This document shows positions 22,730 to 34,481 of a stretch of DNA of 64,000 nt, piece by piece (positions within the stretch are counted from its first letter, which is position 1; every line of letters begins with the position of its first letter). Source of the DNA: Alphaproteobacteria bacterium (GTDB taxonomy: Bacteria; Pseudomonadota; Alphaproteobacteria; Bin95); NCBI GenBank assembly GCA_964291285.2, contig OZ219789.1:224001-288000 (forward strand), read 5' to 3'. The position numbers and the translations under genes were made by a program. The notes beneath the pieces are model-generated. The model searched no databases and was not told the origin of the DNA. It worked only from the letters and a program-made list of their open reading frames with translations.

Positions 22730-25700
22730 GTGACCATCGAGAATCCCTTCCAGGGCCAGTTGTTCGCTGACGGCTTTCTCTGCGAAGCGATTGCCGAATC
22801 GGAAGACTGGAAGGCGTTCGACGATGCGGCGCTCGACAAGCTCCGGGCGGATCTGCGCGCCCTGTTCGACGGGTTCCCGGCGGACAGGGCGCCCAACGAG
22901 GCCCAGACCGAGACCGACCTGATCCGCCCGGTGCTGGAACGGCTCGGCTGGGCGGCGAGCCTCTGGCAGCAAAGGCTTTCGGCCCACGGACGCACGCATG
23001 TGCCGGACGGCCTGCTGTTCGCCGACGACGCGGCCAAGGACCGCGCCAACCGCCTGCCGGAGCAGGACCGCTACCGCCACGGCCTCTCCATCGTGGAATG
23101 CAAGCGCTGGGGCCGTCCGCTCGACCGGCGTTCGGGCGCAGACGGCATCGAGGCCGCGCCCGCGACGCAGATGCTGAGCTATCTCGGCCGCGCGGACGTG
23201 ATGACGGAAGGCGGGCTGCGCTGGGGCATTCTCACCGACGGCGCGGTCTGGCGGCTCTACTGGTGGGGCGCGCGCTCGGTCGCGGAGCAGTTCTTCGAAG
23301 TCGATCTGGCCGACGTGCTGGACCTGCCGGGCCGCAACGAGGGCCTGTTCGCGCTCGACGAAGAGGCGCGGCGGCACTGGCTCCGGGTCTTCGCGCTCGT
23401 CTTCCGGCCGGAAGCCTTCCTGCCGGGCGAACCCGACGGGCGCAGCTTCCATCTGCGCGCGATAGAGGAAGGCCGGCTCTACGAGGCGAAGGTCGCGAAG
23501 GACCTGTCCGGGCTGGTGTTCGGCGAGGCATTTCCCAGGCTGGCGGGCGCAATCGCCGGGGCCGCACCGGATGCGCCTCTGGACGAAGTGCGCGAGGCCG
23601 CACTGGTGCTGCTCTACCGGCTCATGTTCGTGCTCTATGCGGAGGACCGCGGCCTGCTGCCCGTGCGCGATCCAAGCTATGACTATGCGCTGCGCGAGCG
23701 GGTGCGCAAGGATGTCGGCCGGCGCAAGGATGCGGGCGACGCCTTTTCGATCGTGGCGGCGAACTACTGGTCTGCCCTGGACGACCTCTGCCGGATTATC
23801 GACGGCGGCGACGCCTCCATCGGCCTGCCCGCCTATGACGGAGGCCTGTTCGATGCCGAGCGCGCGCCGCTGCTGGCGCGGGTCCGGCTTCCCGATGCGG
23901 TCATGGCCGACATCGTCGATGCGCTCTCCTTCCGGCGCGGGCCGGACGGGCGGCGCTATATCAACTACCGCGAACTCGGCGTGCAGCAGCTCGGCTCGAT
24001 CTACGAGCGGCTGGTGGAGCGCGAACTGGTGCGCGAGGAAGGCGAAATCCGCATACGCCCCAACCCGTTCGTGCGCAAGGACTGGGGCAGCTACTACACG
24101 CCGGACGATCTTGTGGGCCTCGTTATCAACGAGGCAGTCGGGCCGCTGGTCGAGGCCCGTCGCGAGGCGTTCCGCGAAGCGGCGGACAAGGGCGCGCAAC
24201 CGGGGGAACTCGCCCGTCTCGATCCGGCGGAGAAAATCCTCGAACTCCGGGTGTGCGACCCGGCGATGGGCTCCGGGCATTTCCTCGTCAATCTGGTTGA
24301 CTGGCTCGCCGACCGCATCATCGAGGCGATGGCGAAGGCCGAGGAGCTCTCGGGCGGCTATGCCTCGCCGCTCGCCGGGCGGATCGAGGATATCCGCCGG
24401 ACCATCCTTGCCAATGCCGAGGCGGAGGGCTGGACCGTCGATGCGTCGCGGCTCGACGACCGCCATATCGTGCGCCGCATGGTGCTCAAGCGCTGCATCT
24501 ACGGCGTGGACAAGAACCCGATGGCGGTCGAACTCGCCAAGGTATCGCTCTGGCTGCACACCTTCACCGTCGGCGCGCCGCTGTCCTTCCTCGACCACCA
24601 TCTGCGCTGCGGCGACAGCCTGTTCGGCGCCTGGGTGCGGACGGGCATCGACCGAGCGGCCGAATACGATGCGCCGCTGCTGCTGCACGGGCCGATGCAG
24701 GCCGCCGTCGGCGCGGCGGAAGACATGCGCACCGTGGAGGCGCTGACCGACGCCGAGATCGCGGAAGTGCGCCAGTCCGCCGAGACCTTCGCCCTAGTGG
24801 AGGAAAGTACCGGTCCGCTCGACGCGTTCCTGTCCCTCGTGCATGCCCTCGACTGGCTGGCCGTTCGCAGCAAGGAGGACAAGGCGGCGCTCCGGGCCTT
24901 CTTCGACGGGCAATTCGGCGATCCGGTCGAGGTTGCGCTTGGCGAAACCGACGCCTCGAACGGCAGGCCGGAGGCGCAGCGTTTCGCCGAATTGCTGGCG
25001 CAGGCGCGGACGCTCATCGGCGAGGAACGCTTCTTCAACTGGCAGGCGGCCTTTCCCGGCGTCTGGACAAACCTCGAGAGCGTGGAGCGCCGGGGCGGTT
25101 TCGACGCCGTGATCGGCAACCCGCCGTGGGAGCGGATGAAGCTGCAACAGGTGGAATGGTTCGCGGCCCGCCGCCCGGAGATCGCCCATGCGCCGCGCGC
25201 CGCAGACCGCAAGCGCATGGTCGCCGCGCTGGAAACGGCCGGCGACCCGCTGGCGGCGGATTACGACCGGGCGCAGCAACGCACCGACGCCGCCATGAGG
25301 AATGCACGTTGCGGCGGCGATTACCCGCTGCTATCCGGCGGCGACATCAACCTCTATTCGCTCTTCGTGGAGCGCGCGATGGCGCTGGCGAAGCCCGAGG
25401 GCAAGGTCGGGTTGGTCGTGCCGTCCGGCATCGCGTCCGACAGGACGGCGGCGCGCTTCTTCAAGGGCGTCGCGACGGAAAGCCGGTTGCAGGCGCTCTA
25501 CGATTTCGAGAACCGGCGCACACGCTACAAGGAACTGCCCTTTTTCCCCGATGTCGATAGCCGCTTCAAATTCTGCGTATTCCTTGCAAGCCCGTCGCCG
25601 CTTCCCGGCGATGCGCAATGCGCCTTCTTCCTTCAGGACGTGAAGGAACTGAAGGACCCGGATCGCCGCTTCCCGCTGGGCGCGGCCGATTTCGCCCGTG

Positions 25701-26785
25701 TCAACCCGAACACCGGCACCGCGCCCATCTTCCGCTCCCGCCGCGATGCGGAACTTACAACTGCGATCTATGGCCGCCTGCCCGTGCTTGTGGACCGTTC
25801 CTCCGGCAAGCCCGTCAAGGCGTGGCCGGTAAAATATGTGCGGATGTTCGACATGACGAACGACTCCGGCCTGTTCCGCACCCGCGCGGAACTGGAAGAG
25901 AAGGAAGGCGCATGGCCCATCGGCGGCAACCGCTTCGACAGCCCTTCCGGCCAGTGGGTCCCGCTCTATGAAGGCAAGATGGTGCAGACGTTCGACCACA
26001 GGGCAGCGGGCGTGGTCGTCAATCCGGACAATCTCCACCGCCCGGCGCAACCCGAGCCGGCGACCATCGAACGACACCGGGACCCGGACTGGCTGCCTCA
26101 CCCACAATTTTGGGTTTTAGCGAGCGACACTGACCAGCCGAAAACCCCGTTTTTTCTTGGCTTCAAACATGTAACTTCGGTAACCAATGTCCGCTCTATG
26201 ATTGCCGCATTGATTCCCCGCGCCGGCGCAGGAAACTCTTTGCCATTGCTCATGGGCAACGATAATCGACCGTTATTTGCCGGGTTGGCGGCTACAATCG
26301 TTTCAAATCTGAATTCACTGCCGTTCGACTTTGTTTTGAGACAAAAGGTCCAAGGACAGAACCTGAACTGGTTCATCCTTGAACAGCTCCCCGTCGTGCC
26401 GCCGGAGCGTTACGAGGCGGTGCGCTTCGGGCCGAAGACGGCGGCGGAGATCGTGCGCGAGGCGGTGCTGGAGCTGACCTATACGGCGCATGACATGGCG
26501 CCCTTCGCCCGCGACATGGGCCATGTGGACGAGGCGGGCGAGGCGCTGCCGCCCTTCCGCTGGAACGAGAACCGGCGGTTGATGCTGCGTGCGAAGCTGG
26601 ACGCTCTCTATTTCTACCTCTACGGCGTCGCCGACCGCGACGATATCCGCTACATCTACTCCACCTTCCCCATCGTCGAGCGAGAGGAGGAACAGGCGTG
26701 GGGCCACTACCGTTCCCGCGACCTCTGCCTCGCCTGGATGAATGCGCTGGACGCCGGAAAACCCGACGCAGAAGTTCATCTGTGA
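22730..26785 (+). CDS. Type IIG (Eco57I-like) fused restriction-modification enzyme
   Basis: VPDG...IVECK nuclease; GSYYTP; CDPAMGSGHF; VIGNPPW; C-terminal TRD; GTG start with GGAGAGG RBS. Confidence 0.9.
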   Translation: MTIENPFQGQLFADGFLCEAIAESEDWKAFDDAALDKLRADLRALFDGFPADRAPNEAQTETDLIRPVLERLGWAASLWQQRLSAHGRTHVPDGLLFADDAAKDRANRLPEQDRYRHGLSIVECKRWGRPLDRRSGADGIEAAPATQMLSYLGRADVMTEGGLRWGILTDGAVWRLYWWGARSVAEQFFEVDLADVLDLPGRNEGLFALDEEARRHWLRVFALVFRPEAFLPGEPDGRSFHLRAIEEGRLYEAKVAKDLSGLVFGEAFPRLAGAIAGAAPDAPLDEVREAALVLLYRLMFVLYAEDRGLLPVRDPSYDYALRERVRKDVGRRKDAGDAFSIVAANYWSALDDLCRIIDGGDASIGLPAYDGGLFDAERAPLLARVRLPDAVMADIVDALSFRRGPDGRRYINYRELGVQQLGSIYERLVERELVREEGEIRIRPNPFVRKDWGSYYTPDDLVGLVINEAVGPLVEARREAFREAADKGAQPGELARLDPAEKILELRVCDPAMGSGHFLVNLVDWLADRIIEAMAKAEELSGGYASPLAGRIEDIRRTILANAEAEGWTVDASRLDDRHIVRRMVLKRCIYGVDKNPMAVELAKVSLWLHTFTVGAPLSFLDHHLRCGDSLFGAWVRTGIDRAAEYDAPLLLHGPMQAAVGAAEDMRTVEALTDAEIAEVRQSAETFALVEESTGPLDAFLSLVHALDWLAVRSKEDKAALRAFFDGQFGDPVEVALGETDASNGRPEAQRFAELLAQARTLIGEERFFNWQAAFPGVWTNLESVERRGGFDAVIGNPPWERMKLQQVEWFAARRPEIAHAPRAADRKRMVAALETAGDPLAADYDRAQQRTDAAMRNARCGGDYPLLSGGDINLYSLFVERAMALAKPEGKVGLVVPSGIASDRTAARFFKGVATESRLQALYDFENRRTRYKELPFFPDVDSRFKFCVFLASPSPLPGDAQCAFFLQDVKELKDPDRRFPLGAADFARVNPNTGTAPIFRSRRDAELTTAIYGRLPVLVDRSSGKPVKAWPVKYVRMFDMTNDSGLFRTRAELEEKEGAWPIGGNRFDSPSGQWVPLYEGKMVQTFDHRAAGVVVNPDNLHRPAQPEPATIERHRDPDWLPHPQFWVLASDTDQPKTPFFLGFKHVTSVTNVRSMIAALIPRAGAGNSLPLLMGNDNRPLFAGLAATIVSNLNSLPFDFVLRQKVQGQNLNWFILEQLPVVPPERYEAVRFGPKTAAEIVREAVLELTYTAHDMAPFARDMGHVDEAGEALPPFRWNENRRLMLRAKLDALYFYLYGVADRDDIRYIYSTFPIVEREEEQAWGHYRSRDLCLAWMNALDAGKPDAEVHL

Positions 26786-26815
26786 ATTACTGCCCGACTG
26801 TAGATTGGGCCACTA

Positions 26816-27667
26816 GGTTCAATCGACATACAGGATTCCCTGGGAAGACATTATGTGATTCATGACGCTCCAACTGATTTTCGGTTGGAGTTGGGCGTAT
26901 GGTGAAGCGCTATGAGCTGACGGATGCGCAGTGGGTCCGCATCGAAGGTCTGCTTCTGGGCAAGCCGGGCGATCCGGGGCGTTCGGGAGCAGACAACCGG
27001 TTGTTCGTCAACGCGGTTCTGTGGGTGCTTCGTTCGGGCGCCCACTGGCACGACCTGCCGCCGCGCTATGGGAAGTGGAAGTCGGTGCACAAGCGTTTCA
27101 CACGCTGGGCCAAAGTGGGCGTGTGGGAGAGGGTGTTCGATACCCTGACGGCGGATCGCGACAATGGCTATCTCATGCTCGACAGCACCATCGTGCGCGC
27201 GCATCAACAGGCGGCGACCGGAAAAGGGGGGGCCGGGATCAGGCTCTGGGGCGTTCCAGAGGCGGACTGACGACCAAAATACACATCGCCTGCGACACTC
27301 TCGGACGACCGCTCCGCGTGATCCTCTCGCCCGGACAGGCCGGCGACGCGCCAAAGGCCCTGGCGTTGATGGAGGGGTTTCGGCCCCGCCATGTGCTCGC
27401 CGACGCTGCTTACGACGCCAATGCCATCCGCAACCGCATCGCCGACATCGAGGCCGAGGCCGTCATCCCCTGCAATCCAACGCGAAAGCGTCTCATCGGC
27501 TATGACGCCGAAATCTACAAACACCGAAACCGCATCGAGCGCTACTTCAACAAGATCAAACACTTCCGCCGCATCGCAACCCGATACGACCGAAAAGCAA
27601 TATACTTCCTCGCCTTCATACACATCGCTTCTGCTATCCTCTGGATGCGATGAATGTCGATTCTGCC
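26816..27667 (+). mobile_element. IS5 family (IS427-like) element
   Basis: IRs GG(TTC/CAG)AATCGACAT; TA duplication in CTAG context. Confidence 0.88.
26899..27653 (+). CDS. IS5 transposase, orfA/orfB joined by probable -1 frameshift
   Basis: RYELTDAQW, LDSTIVRAH, slippery AAAAGGGGGG, GRSRGGLTTKIH, YKHRNRIE. Confidence 0.85.
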
Positions 27668-27865
27668 TAGCGCTCATCCAGACCGAAAAATCCCGGTGCA
27701 CGCCTCGAAATCTCCTCGTCACTGCCATATAGAAATTCTATCTCATACGGAGCGAAATTGCACAGTCTTGAGAGACCCCATACGCTACTGGGGTCGATAA
27801 TATTACCGGGTGCCCCGTGCCCCGTGCGTGAGGAAGGCGCCAAATGAACGACGGTGCAATTCGCA

Positions 27866-30800
27866 ATGCCTGAACTGATTGCAGACGGCCCGGACATTCC
27901 GGCGCGCCTCCTGAACGGGCTGGACGACGGCAATGTCGTTTTCTTCTGCGGCGCCGGGGTCTCGATGGCAGAAGGGTCTGACCTGCCAAGCTTCAAAGCC
28001 CTCGTGAAACATGTATATGATGCCAACCACATCGAAGCCGATCCCGCCGAACGGCAAGCGCTATGTAGCGGGGCCTGGGACAGGGCGCTCGGGCTTCTGG
28101 AACGCCGCCTGGGCGCGAACCACTTGCGGCGCGCGGTCATCGACCGGCTTTCTCGACCGCCATGCGGTGACCTGAAACTCCACAAGGCATTGCTCGAGCT
28201 GTCGCGGACTGAACGCGGCGTCCGACTTGTCACCACCAATTTCGACAACCGCTTTGCCGAAGCGGTGGAAGAGGTCGATGCCGCGCCCCGGCTTCCGATA
28301 CCCAAGCGTCATGACTGGTCGAGCCTGGTGCACCTGCACGGCCGCATCGCACCGAAGGAGGATAGCTCGAACCTGGTGCTGACCGCGGCAGATTTCGGGC
28401 GCGCATATCTGACCGAGCGCTGGGCGGCGAGGTTCGTCACCGAACTGTTTCGCGAATTCTCGGTCGTCTTCGTCGGCTACAGCCTCGACGATCCTGTCAT
28501 GGGGTACATGGTCGACGCCCTTGCCGCCGAGCGGTCAAAGGGCGCGGGCTTCAGAACGGCCTGGGCATTCGCCGCCATGGATGGTTCCGAAGCCGGGATA
28601 TCCAGGGCGCGTGACGCCTGGGTCGCGAAGAATGTCGAACCGATCCTCTATGACGAGCGGGACGGACACCGCCTTCTCGCAGACACACTGATTGAATGGG
28701 CGCGGATCCGAAGCGATCCCCTTCGAGCCCGTTCCCGGATCGCCATCGACGAGATTAACAAGATGCCGGCCGGGCCGGTTGTGGAACGGGTCGTCTGGGC
28801 GCTACAGGACGCATCGGCCGCCAGGGCGCTTGCCGAAGCCCCTCCCATGTCGAACGAGGAGGACCATGCAAAGTTCGAGAAGTGGCTCGACATGTTCGCG
28901 GAAAAGGGTCTGCTGCGCTCTGCCGCTAACGGGACGGACCGGCATCTCGTAGATACCGGTCTCGAATCGGTGAATCCCTACAATCTGGATACGACAAGGC
29001 ATCATCTCTCGGTTTGGCTGGCCAGACATCTGCATGTGCCGCAACTGCTGGCCTGGGCGCTTCGGAACGGCGGTCATCTTCACCCTCATCTTCGCCAGCA
29101 GGTCGAGGGCCGTCTGGCTGAGCAGGCTTCCGCGCCTCCGGACATTCCCGACAGGCTGCGACTGCTCTGGACCGTTCTTCTGGGCAAAAGGCCCGATGAT
29201 CCCTGGAACGGGCGCTGGTTCTCCGACCGTCATCGGGCCGCGACGTCCCCCGACGAACGCAGGCTCATCGAGGACAAGGTCATGGAGAGTATCCGGCCGC
29301 GTCTCGTCGTCCGACCGGGTCTTTCCTTGAGACGGGAATTATCTCTGAATTACGAAAATCCTCCGCAAGCGCCGCAGCCCATCGATACATGCGGACATCT
29401 CGAATTGACGTCGGCATGCGACGGGGTTTGGGCGCTATTCAAGGCTATTCTCGATGACCACGAAGTGCTTTCGAGACACGCCGAGACGCTGACCGATCAT
29501 CTCGAACACGCCCTTTCCCTGGGTAAGGCCGATGGCAATGTCTGCCAGCGGTCGTACCTGTATCGGCCGTCGATCGCGTCCCACGAGCAAAACAACGGTT
29601 CCGACAACTGGACCCGCCTCATCGATCTGGCGCGGGACAGTTATCTTGCGCTGGTTCCCGACGAGAGCCCACGCGCGTACAATCTTCTCCTTCGCTGGGC
29701 GGACTCCGAAGAGCCGCTGTTCGGGAGGCTGGCGCTGCACGCGCTGACCGAAAACCCGAGAGCCGATATTCGGCTTGCCCGGAAACTGCTTCTGGGAGGT
29801 CGAAACCCCGGTCTCTGGGACTGCGACATGCGGCGCGAAACGATGCGTTTTCTGAGATTGGCGGGCAAGCGGTTACCCCGGGATCTCCGCAGCGACATCA
29901 TTGACGCAATTCACGCCGGACCGAAATCGAATAAAATCCGGGAATCCTTCGGCAGTGACGAAGGGTTGCGCAAAGAACAGGCATTGTTCCTGTACAAGAT
30001 GGACATATCCGGGGTAAATCTGAACAAGAAATCAAGAGCGATGGCTGAAACAATAGCCCCGAAAGCGGAGGGAATAGAGGAAGATCCCGACGAATTTCTT
30101 GGGGAGGTAAAGTATGAACGAAGCGGTATCAAGGATTATGCGCCCAAGCATCTCCTCAAGGGTTCAGTCGAAGACATCGTGGTGGAACTCAAGTCCGATC
30201 AGCTCGGTCAGAAGAAACTTCAGGGGCTGGCTGCCCGGAAACCGGTAAAGGTTGTTTCCGCACTGCGGCGACTCGGTAAACAGGGCGAATGGCCTGCACG
30301 GTACTGGCGGGAATTCCTCTGGGAGCTGCCGGAACCAAAGTACCCGGCGAGATTGCATGCCTGTGCGGCAAGAATCCTTGCCGAGGCTCCCGGCGAACTG
30401 TTCGGCGAGGCAGCGTCCGCCGTCGCGGGTTTCGTGAAACAGCTTGCGGACGCATGGGGAACCGATCGGGAAGCCGAATTCGGTGTCCTTTGGACGAAAT
30501 CCTGGACCGGAAAGGGCGAGGGCGGATCGGAGATGGCCGACCGGGACGAAACCCTGACGAACGCCTTGAACCATCCGGCCGGAAAGCTGGCGGAAGCGGC
30601 ATTGACCCGGCTGTCGAAATACGAATTGCGAGCCGGAGCGGGATTCCCCGCACCGGTCCGGCCGTATTTCGACGCCATGGCCGAAGACCCGCTCGGGCAT
30701 CCAGGCCGCGTGCGTCTGGCGACCAGATTGCGCCCGCTGTTTGCGGTCGACCCCGAGTGGACCCGGCGGCACCTGATCGCACGCCTCGCCTGCCTGAAGT

Positions 30801-31220
30801 CACAGGAAGCTGTCGACCTATGGTCTGCATACAGCTGGTCGCCAGGTCTGGGTCCGGACCTCCTGAAAGCCATCAGGGCGCCGTTTCTCGAAATCCTGCG
30901 CGACGACAGGCTGGAAGACCGGAGAATGTGCCGATTGAGAGACCTGTTCATGGCGGTCTGCCTTGATGCGCCGGGAGATCTGACTGAGAAAGAGATTCGC
31001 GACATTGTCGACCCCATGCCCGAACAAGGGCTGGAGACTGTGCTTGGGAGCCTGATGTGGCGTCTCGCCGGGACGCCTGACGAGCGGCGGCGGATATGGA
31101 ACAAGAAATTGTACCCTTGGCTTTGCGAGCACTGGCCCCGAGAGCAGGAACGCAATACCGGAACAACATCGGAAATCATACTGGAAATGCTTGCGGAGTG
31201 CGGCGACGCATTTCCTCAGG
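27866..31220 (+). pseudogene. Dsr1-like defence-associated sirtuin (SIR2_2 NADase), main part, interrupted by IS256
   Basis: GPDIP..VVFFCGAGVS, VTTNFD, LVHLHG, FVGYSLDDP; long helical C-terminus. Confidence 0.82.
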
Positions 31221-32672
31221 GATCGTGTCCCGAGCCGTGGTGTAAGAGCCTGGCGCCCGTGGCGGTGTCCGGCGGGTAGGGCCGGTAGGCTCAGGCTGCC
31301 ACGGCGGGCAGCTTGACGGTTGCATTGTCGCTCACGGGAGCGATGGATTCCAGCGTTACGTATCTGGCTCTCTGGACGGCCCATTCGTCGTTCTGCTCGA
31401 GCAGGATGGCACCGATCAGGCGGGTGATGGCGTTCTCGTTGGGGAAGATGCCGACGGTGTTGGTGCGCCGCTTGATCTCGCCATGGAGGCGTTCGAGCGG
31501 GTTTGTGGAGTGCAGCTTGGCGCGATGCGCGGCCGGGAAGGTCATGTAGGCGAGAACATCGTGCTCGGCCTCGTCCATGATGGCGGCGAGCTTCGGCGCC
31601 TTGGGCCTGAGCTGGTCGGCGACCTGGCGCCACTGGGCGGAGGCGCTGTCTGCATCCTCCTGGGCGAAGGCGGTGGTGACGAAGGCGGAGACGACGCGCC
31701 GGCCCTGCTTGCCGGCATGGGCGAGCAGGTTGCGCATGAAATGCACGCGGCATCTCTGCCATGTGGCGCCGAGGATGCGGGTCGCGGCGGCCTTCAGGCC
31801 CTTGTGGTCGTCGGAGATCACCAGCTTGACGCCGCGCAGGCCGCGCCGGGCGAGCGAGCGCAGGAAGTCGGTCCAGAAGGTCTCGGCCTCGGACGCGCCG
31901 ATCGCCATGCCGAGCACCTCGCGCCGGCCCTGGTCGTTGACCGCCACCGCGATGGTGACCGCGACCGAGACGATGCGCCCGGCCTCGCGCATCTTCACAT
32001 AGGTCGCGTCCAGCCACAGATACGGCCAGTCGCCCTCCAGCGGCCGGTCGAGGAAGTCGCGGATCTTGTCGTCGATCTCGCCGCACAGCCTGGACACCTG
32101 GCTCTTGGAGATGCCCGACATGCCCATCGCCTGCACCAGGTCGTCGACCGAGCGGGTGGATACGCCCTTGATGTAGGCCTCCTGGATCACCGCCGTCAGC
32201 GCCTTCTCCGCCATCCGCCGCGGCTCAAGGAAGCCCGGGAAGTAGCTCCCCTTGCGCAGCTTCGGGATCTTCAGCTCGACCGTGCCGGCGCGCGTCTCCC
32301 AGACCCGGTCGCGGTAGCCGTTGCGGTGCGTGATCCGGTCCGGCGAACGCTCGCCGTGCCCGGCGCCCGCAAGGCCCTCAACCTCAAGCGCCATCAGACG
32401 CGCGGCCGTGAACCCGATCATCTCGCGAAGCAGATCGGCGTCGGAACTCTTCTCCAACAGCGCCCGCAGGGTCATCATGTCGGTGGTGGTCATCGTGGTA
32501 CTCCTCCGGTCGGATGGACTGTGGAAGCCCAACCCTACCGGCACCGCGATGGTCATCCGCTATGGATAAGTGGCCCGCCGCCGCCAGACTCCAGACGGTC
32601 GCGGCGGCGGGCCACTTACCCACAGCTACCGATGGTGGCTCCAGCTCCTACACCACGCCTGGGGGCACGACC
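31221..32672 (-). mobile_element. IS256-family element
   Basis: IRs G(A/G)TCGTG...CGTGGTGTA; 8-bp TSD TCCTCAGG (31213-31220, 32673-32680). Confidence 0.93.
31291..32493 (-). CDS. IS256 transposase
   Basis: [45 protein letters not shown]. Confidence 0.95.
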   Translation of the reverse strand: MTTTDMMTLRALLEKSSDADLLREMIGFTAARLMALEVEGLAGAGHGERSPDRITHRNGYRDRVWETRAGTVELKIPKLRKGSYFPGFLEPRRMAEKALTAVIQEAYIKGVSTRSVDDLVQAMGMSGISKSQVSRLCGEIDDKIRDFLDRPLEGDWPYLWLDATYVKMREAGRIVSVAVTIAVAVNDQGRREVLGMAIGASEAETFWTDFLRSLARRGLRGVKLVISDDHKGLKAAATRILGATWQRCRVHFMRNLLAHAGKQGRRVVSAFVTTAFAQEDADSASAQWRQVADQLRPKAPKLAAIMDEAEHDVLAYMTFPAAHRAKLHSTNPLERLHGEIKRRTNTVGIFPNENAITRLIGAILLEQNDEWAVQRARYVTLESIAPVSDNATVKLPAVAA

Positions 32673-32931
32673 TCCTCAGGCGGCGGAATGGTGGCTGACA
32701 TATTTGCGGCCCGTGGAAGGCAATGGCCTCTTTGTTCTCAACAGGAGTGGCTGCGCGCGACAGCATCCGGAGTCATTGCTCAAGGTGCTGAAAAAGGTAA
32801 TCCATGCTGATGTTCTGCGAGCCTATAACAAGACTGCTCTCAAGGAATTGCTCGACGCTGTGTGCGCCAGGAATTGCGAAATTTCTGGCGATCTTCGGTT
32901 TCAAAAGTTGTACGGAATCGCCACACAATGA
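32673..32931 (+). pseudogene. Separated C-terminal ~85 aa of the Dsr1-like protein
   Basis: PQAAEWWLTYL...LYGIATQ; in frame with the main part once IS256 is removed. Confidence 0.75.
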
Positions 32932-33131
32932 GCAGGCGCGGGCAAGGGCAGCATCGGCGTCTTCTTGCGCCGGGCCGGGATCCGCCATAAGCCGCCCGTA
33001 TCGCCGGGACGCCGCAGAGCCGGATCGACGCACTCCTTACCTGAACCGGCGGGACCACCGGCAACCTGATCGGGGCGCATGGCAAAGACCCCGCCTGACC
33101 CTCCCCGATCAGCTCGACGCCCGCGACAAAC

Positions 33132-34481
33132 TCAGATCTCGATACCCTGCGGTCTTCGGTGGATGCTTGCATCCGATCGCTCCGGATCCCCGGTTCTGCC
33201 CCGAAGAGGAACCCCCTCCCTCTCTGGCGCGGTTGGCTTTCCGGGACCCGGGAACCCGGGCATGGCAGCCGACACATCGCCGTGCTCCGCCTTGTCCGAC
33301 AGTGGGGGCGGTTCCGCCCTGTACCCCATTGCTCGCGCGATGACGGCCGCAGCCTGCGCGGCGGCGTCGCGCAGCGCGCCATCGTCGAGATGGGCGTAGA
33401 TCGCGGTGGTCTCCCGCTTGCGGTGTCCGAGCAGCCGTCCGACCGTGGTGAGCCCGACGCCGTTCATGACGCCCTGCGAGGCCCAGGTGTGGCGGCAGTC
33501 GTGGATGCGAAGGCCCGGAAGCCCCGCCTCGTCGCGGATACCGCACCAGAAGGTGTAGAGCCTTGCCGGTGTGAGGATCTCGGGGAACACCCGCTCCCGG
33601 CCATCCGGTCGCGGCAGCGCCTCGACCAGCCTTGCCGCTTCGGGTCCGAGCCAGATGGTGCGCGGGCCGGTCTTGGAGTCTTCGATGCGCGCGCTCGCGC
33701 CGTCTCCGGCCAGCTCACCGATCTCGTCCCACCTGAGGTTGATGACTTCGGAGAGCCGCGCTCCGGTCAGGGTCAGCAGCCGGATGGCCGCCACCGGCCA
33801 GGGGTGTTCCTCCCGGTGGCGGTCGAGCACCGCGCCGAGACGCTCCAGCTCTTCGCGGCTGAGGTAGCGCGCGACGGGCTTGCGGGGGTTCTTCACGATG
33901 TTGGCGCAGGCATCGGGGACATGCTCGCCGATGTCACCCCACTGCCGGGCCGTCCCGAGCATGGCGCGGAGTATCTCGAAGGCGCGGTTGGCCGCGCCGG
34001 GCCTGTCCGCGCTGGCGGCGTCGAACCATGCCGAGACCCGCGCATGGTCGATGGCGTCGAGCCGGAGCCTGCCGAAGTGCGGCATCAGGCGGTTCTTCAT
34101 GTAGCTATCGAAGGTCTTGAGCGAGGACGGCTTCCAGCGGTGTTTCCGCCGCGAGCGGTAACGGGCGGCGAAGTCCCGGAACAGCGGCGCCTTCTCCTTG
34201 CGCGGCGGCGTCACGTCCTCGCCGCCCCACAGGCGGGCGAGCACGGCCGCGCCTTCCCGGCGGGCCGCGTCGAGAGGCAGTTCGGGGAAACGCCCGAGGG
34301 TGATCTTGCGCATGCGTCCCCGGACGCGGGTCTGGACGATCCAGGACCGGACGCCGGAGGGCTGCACCCTGACCCCGAAATGCGCCAGCAGATTGTCCCA
34401 CAGGGTGTATTCCCGTTCCGCCGGCTTGGCGGCGGCGACGGCCTTCACGGTGAGCCGGACACGATGCCTGCCGCCGCTCAT
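33132..34481 (-). CDS. Tyrosine integrase 2 (Arm-binding domain + catalytic domain)
   Basis: TGARLSE, DSKTG, IHDCRH, LLGH, TAIY; ATGA overlap with integrase 1. Confidence 0.9.
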   Translation of the reverse strand: MSGGRHRVRLTVKAVAAAKPAEREYTLWDNLLAHFGVRVQPSGVRSWIVQTRVRGRMRKITLGRFPELPLDAARREGAAVLARLWGGEDVTPPRKEKAPLFRDFAARYRSRRKHRWKPSSLKTFDSYMKNRLMPHFGRLRLDAIDHARVSAWFDAASADRPGAANRAFEILRAMLGTARQWGDIGEHVPDACANIVKNPRKPVARYLSREELERLGAVLDRHREEHPWPVAAIRLLTLTGARLSEVINLRWDEIGELAGDGASARIEDSKTGPRTIWLGPEAARLVEALPRPDGRERVFPEILTPARLYTFWCGIRDEAGLPGLRIHDCRHTWASQGVMNGVGLTTVGRLLGHRKRETTAIYAHLDDGALRDAAAQAAAVIARAMGYRAEPPPLSDKAEHGDVSAAMPGFPGPGKPTAPEREGVPLRGRTGDPERSDASIHRRPQGIEI

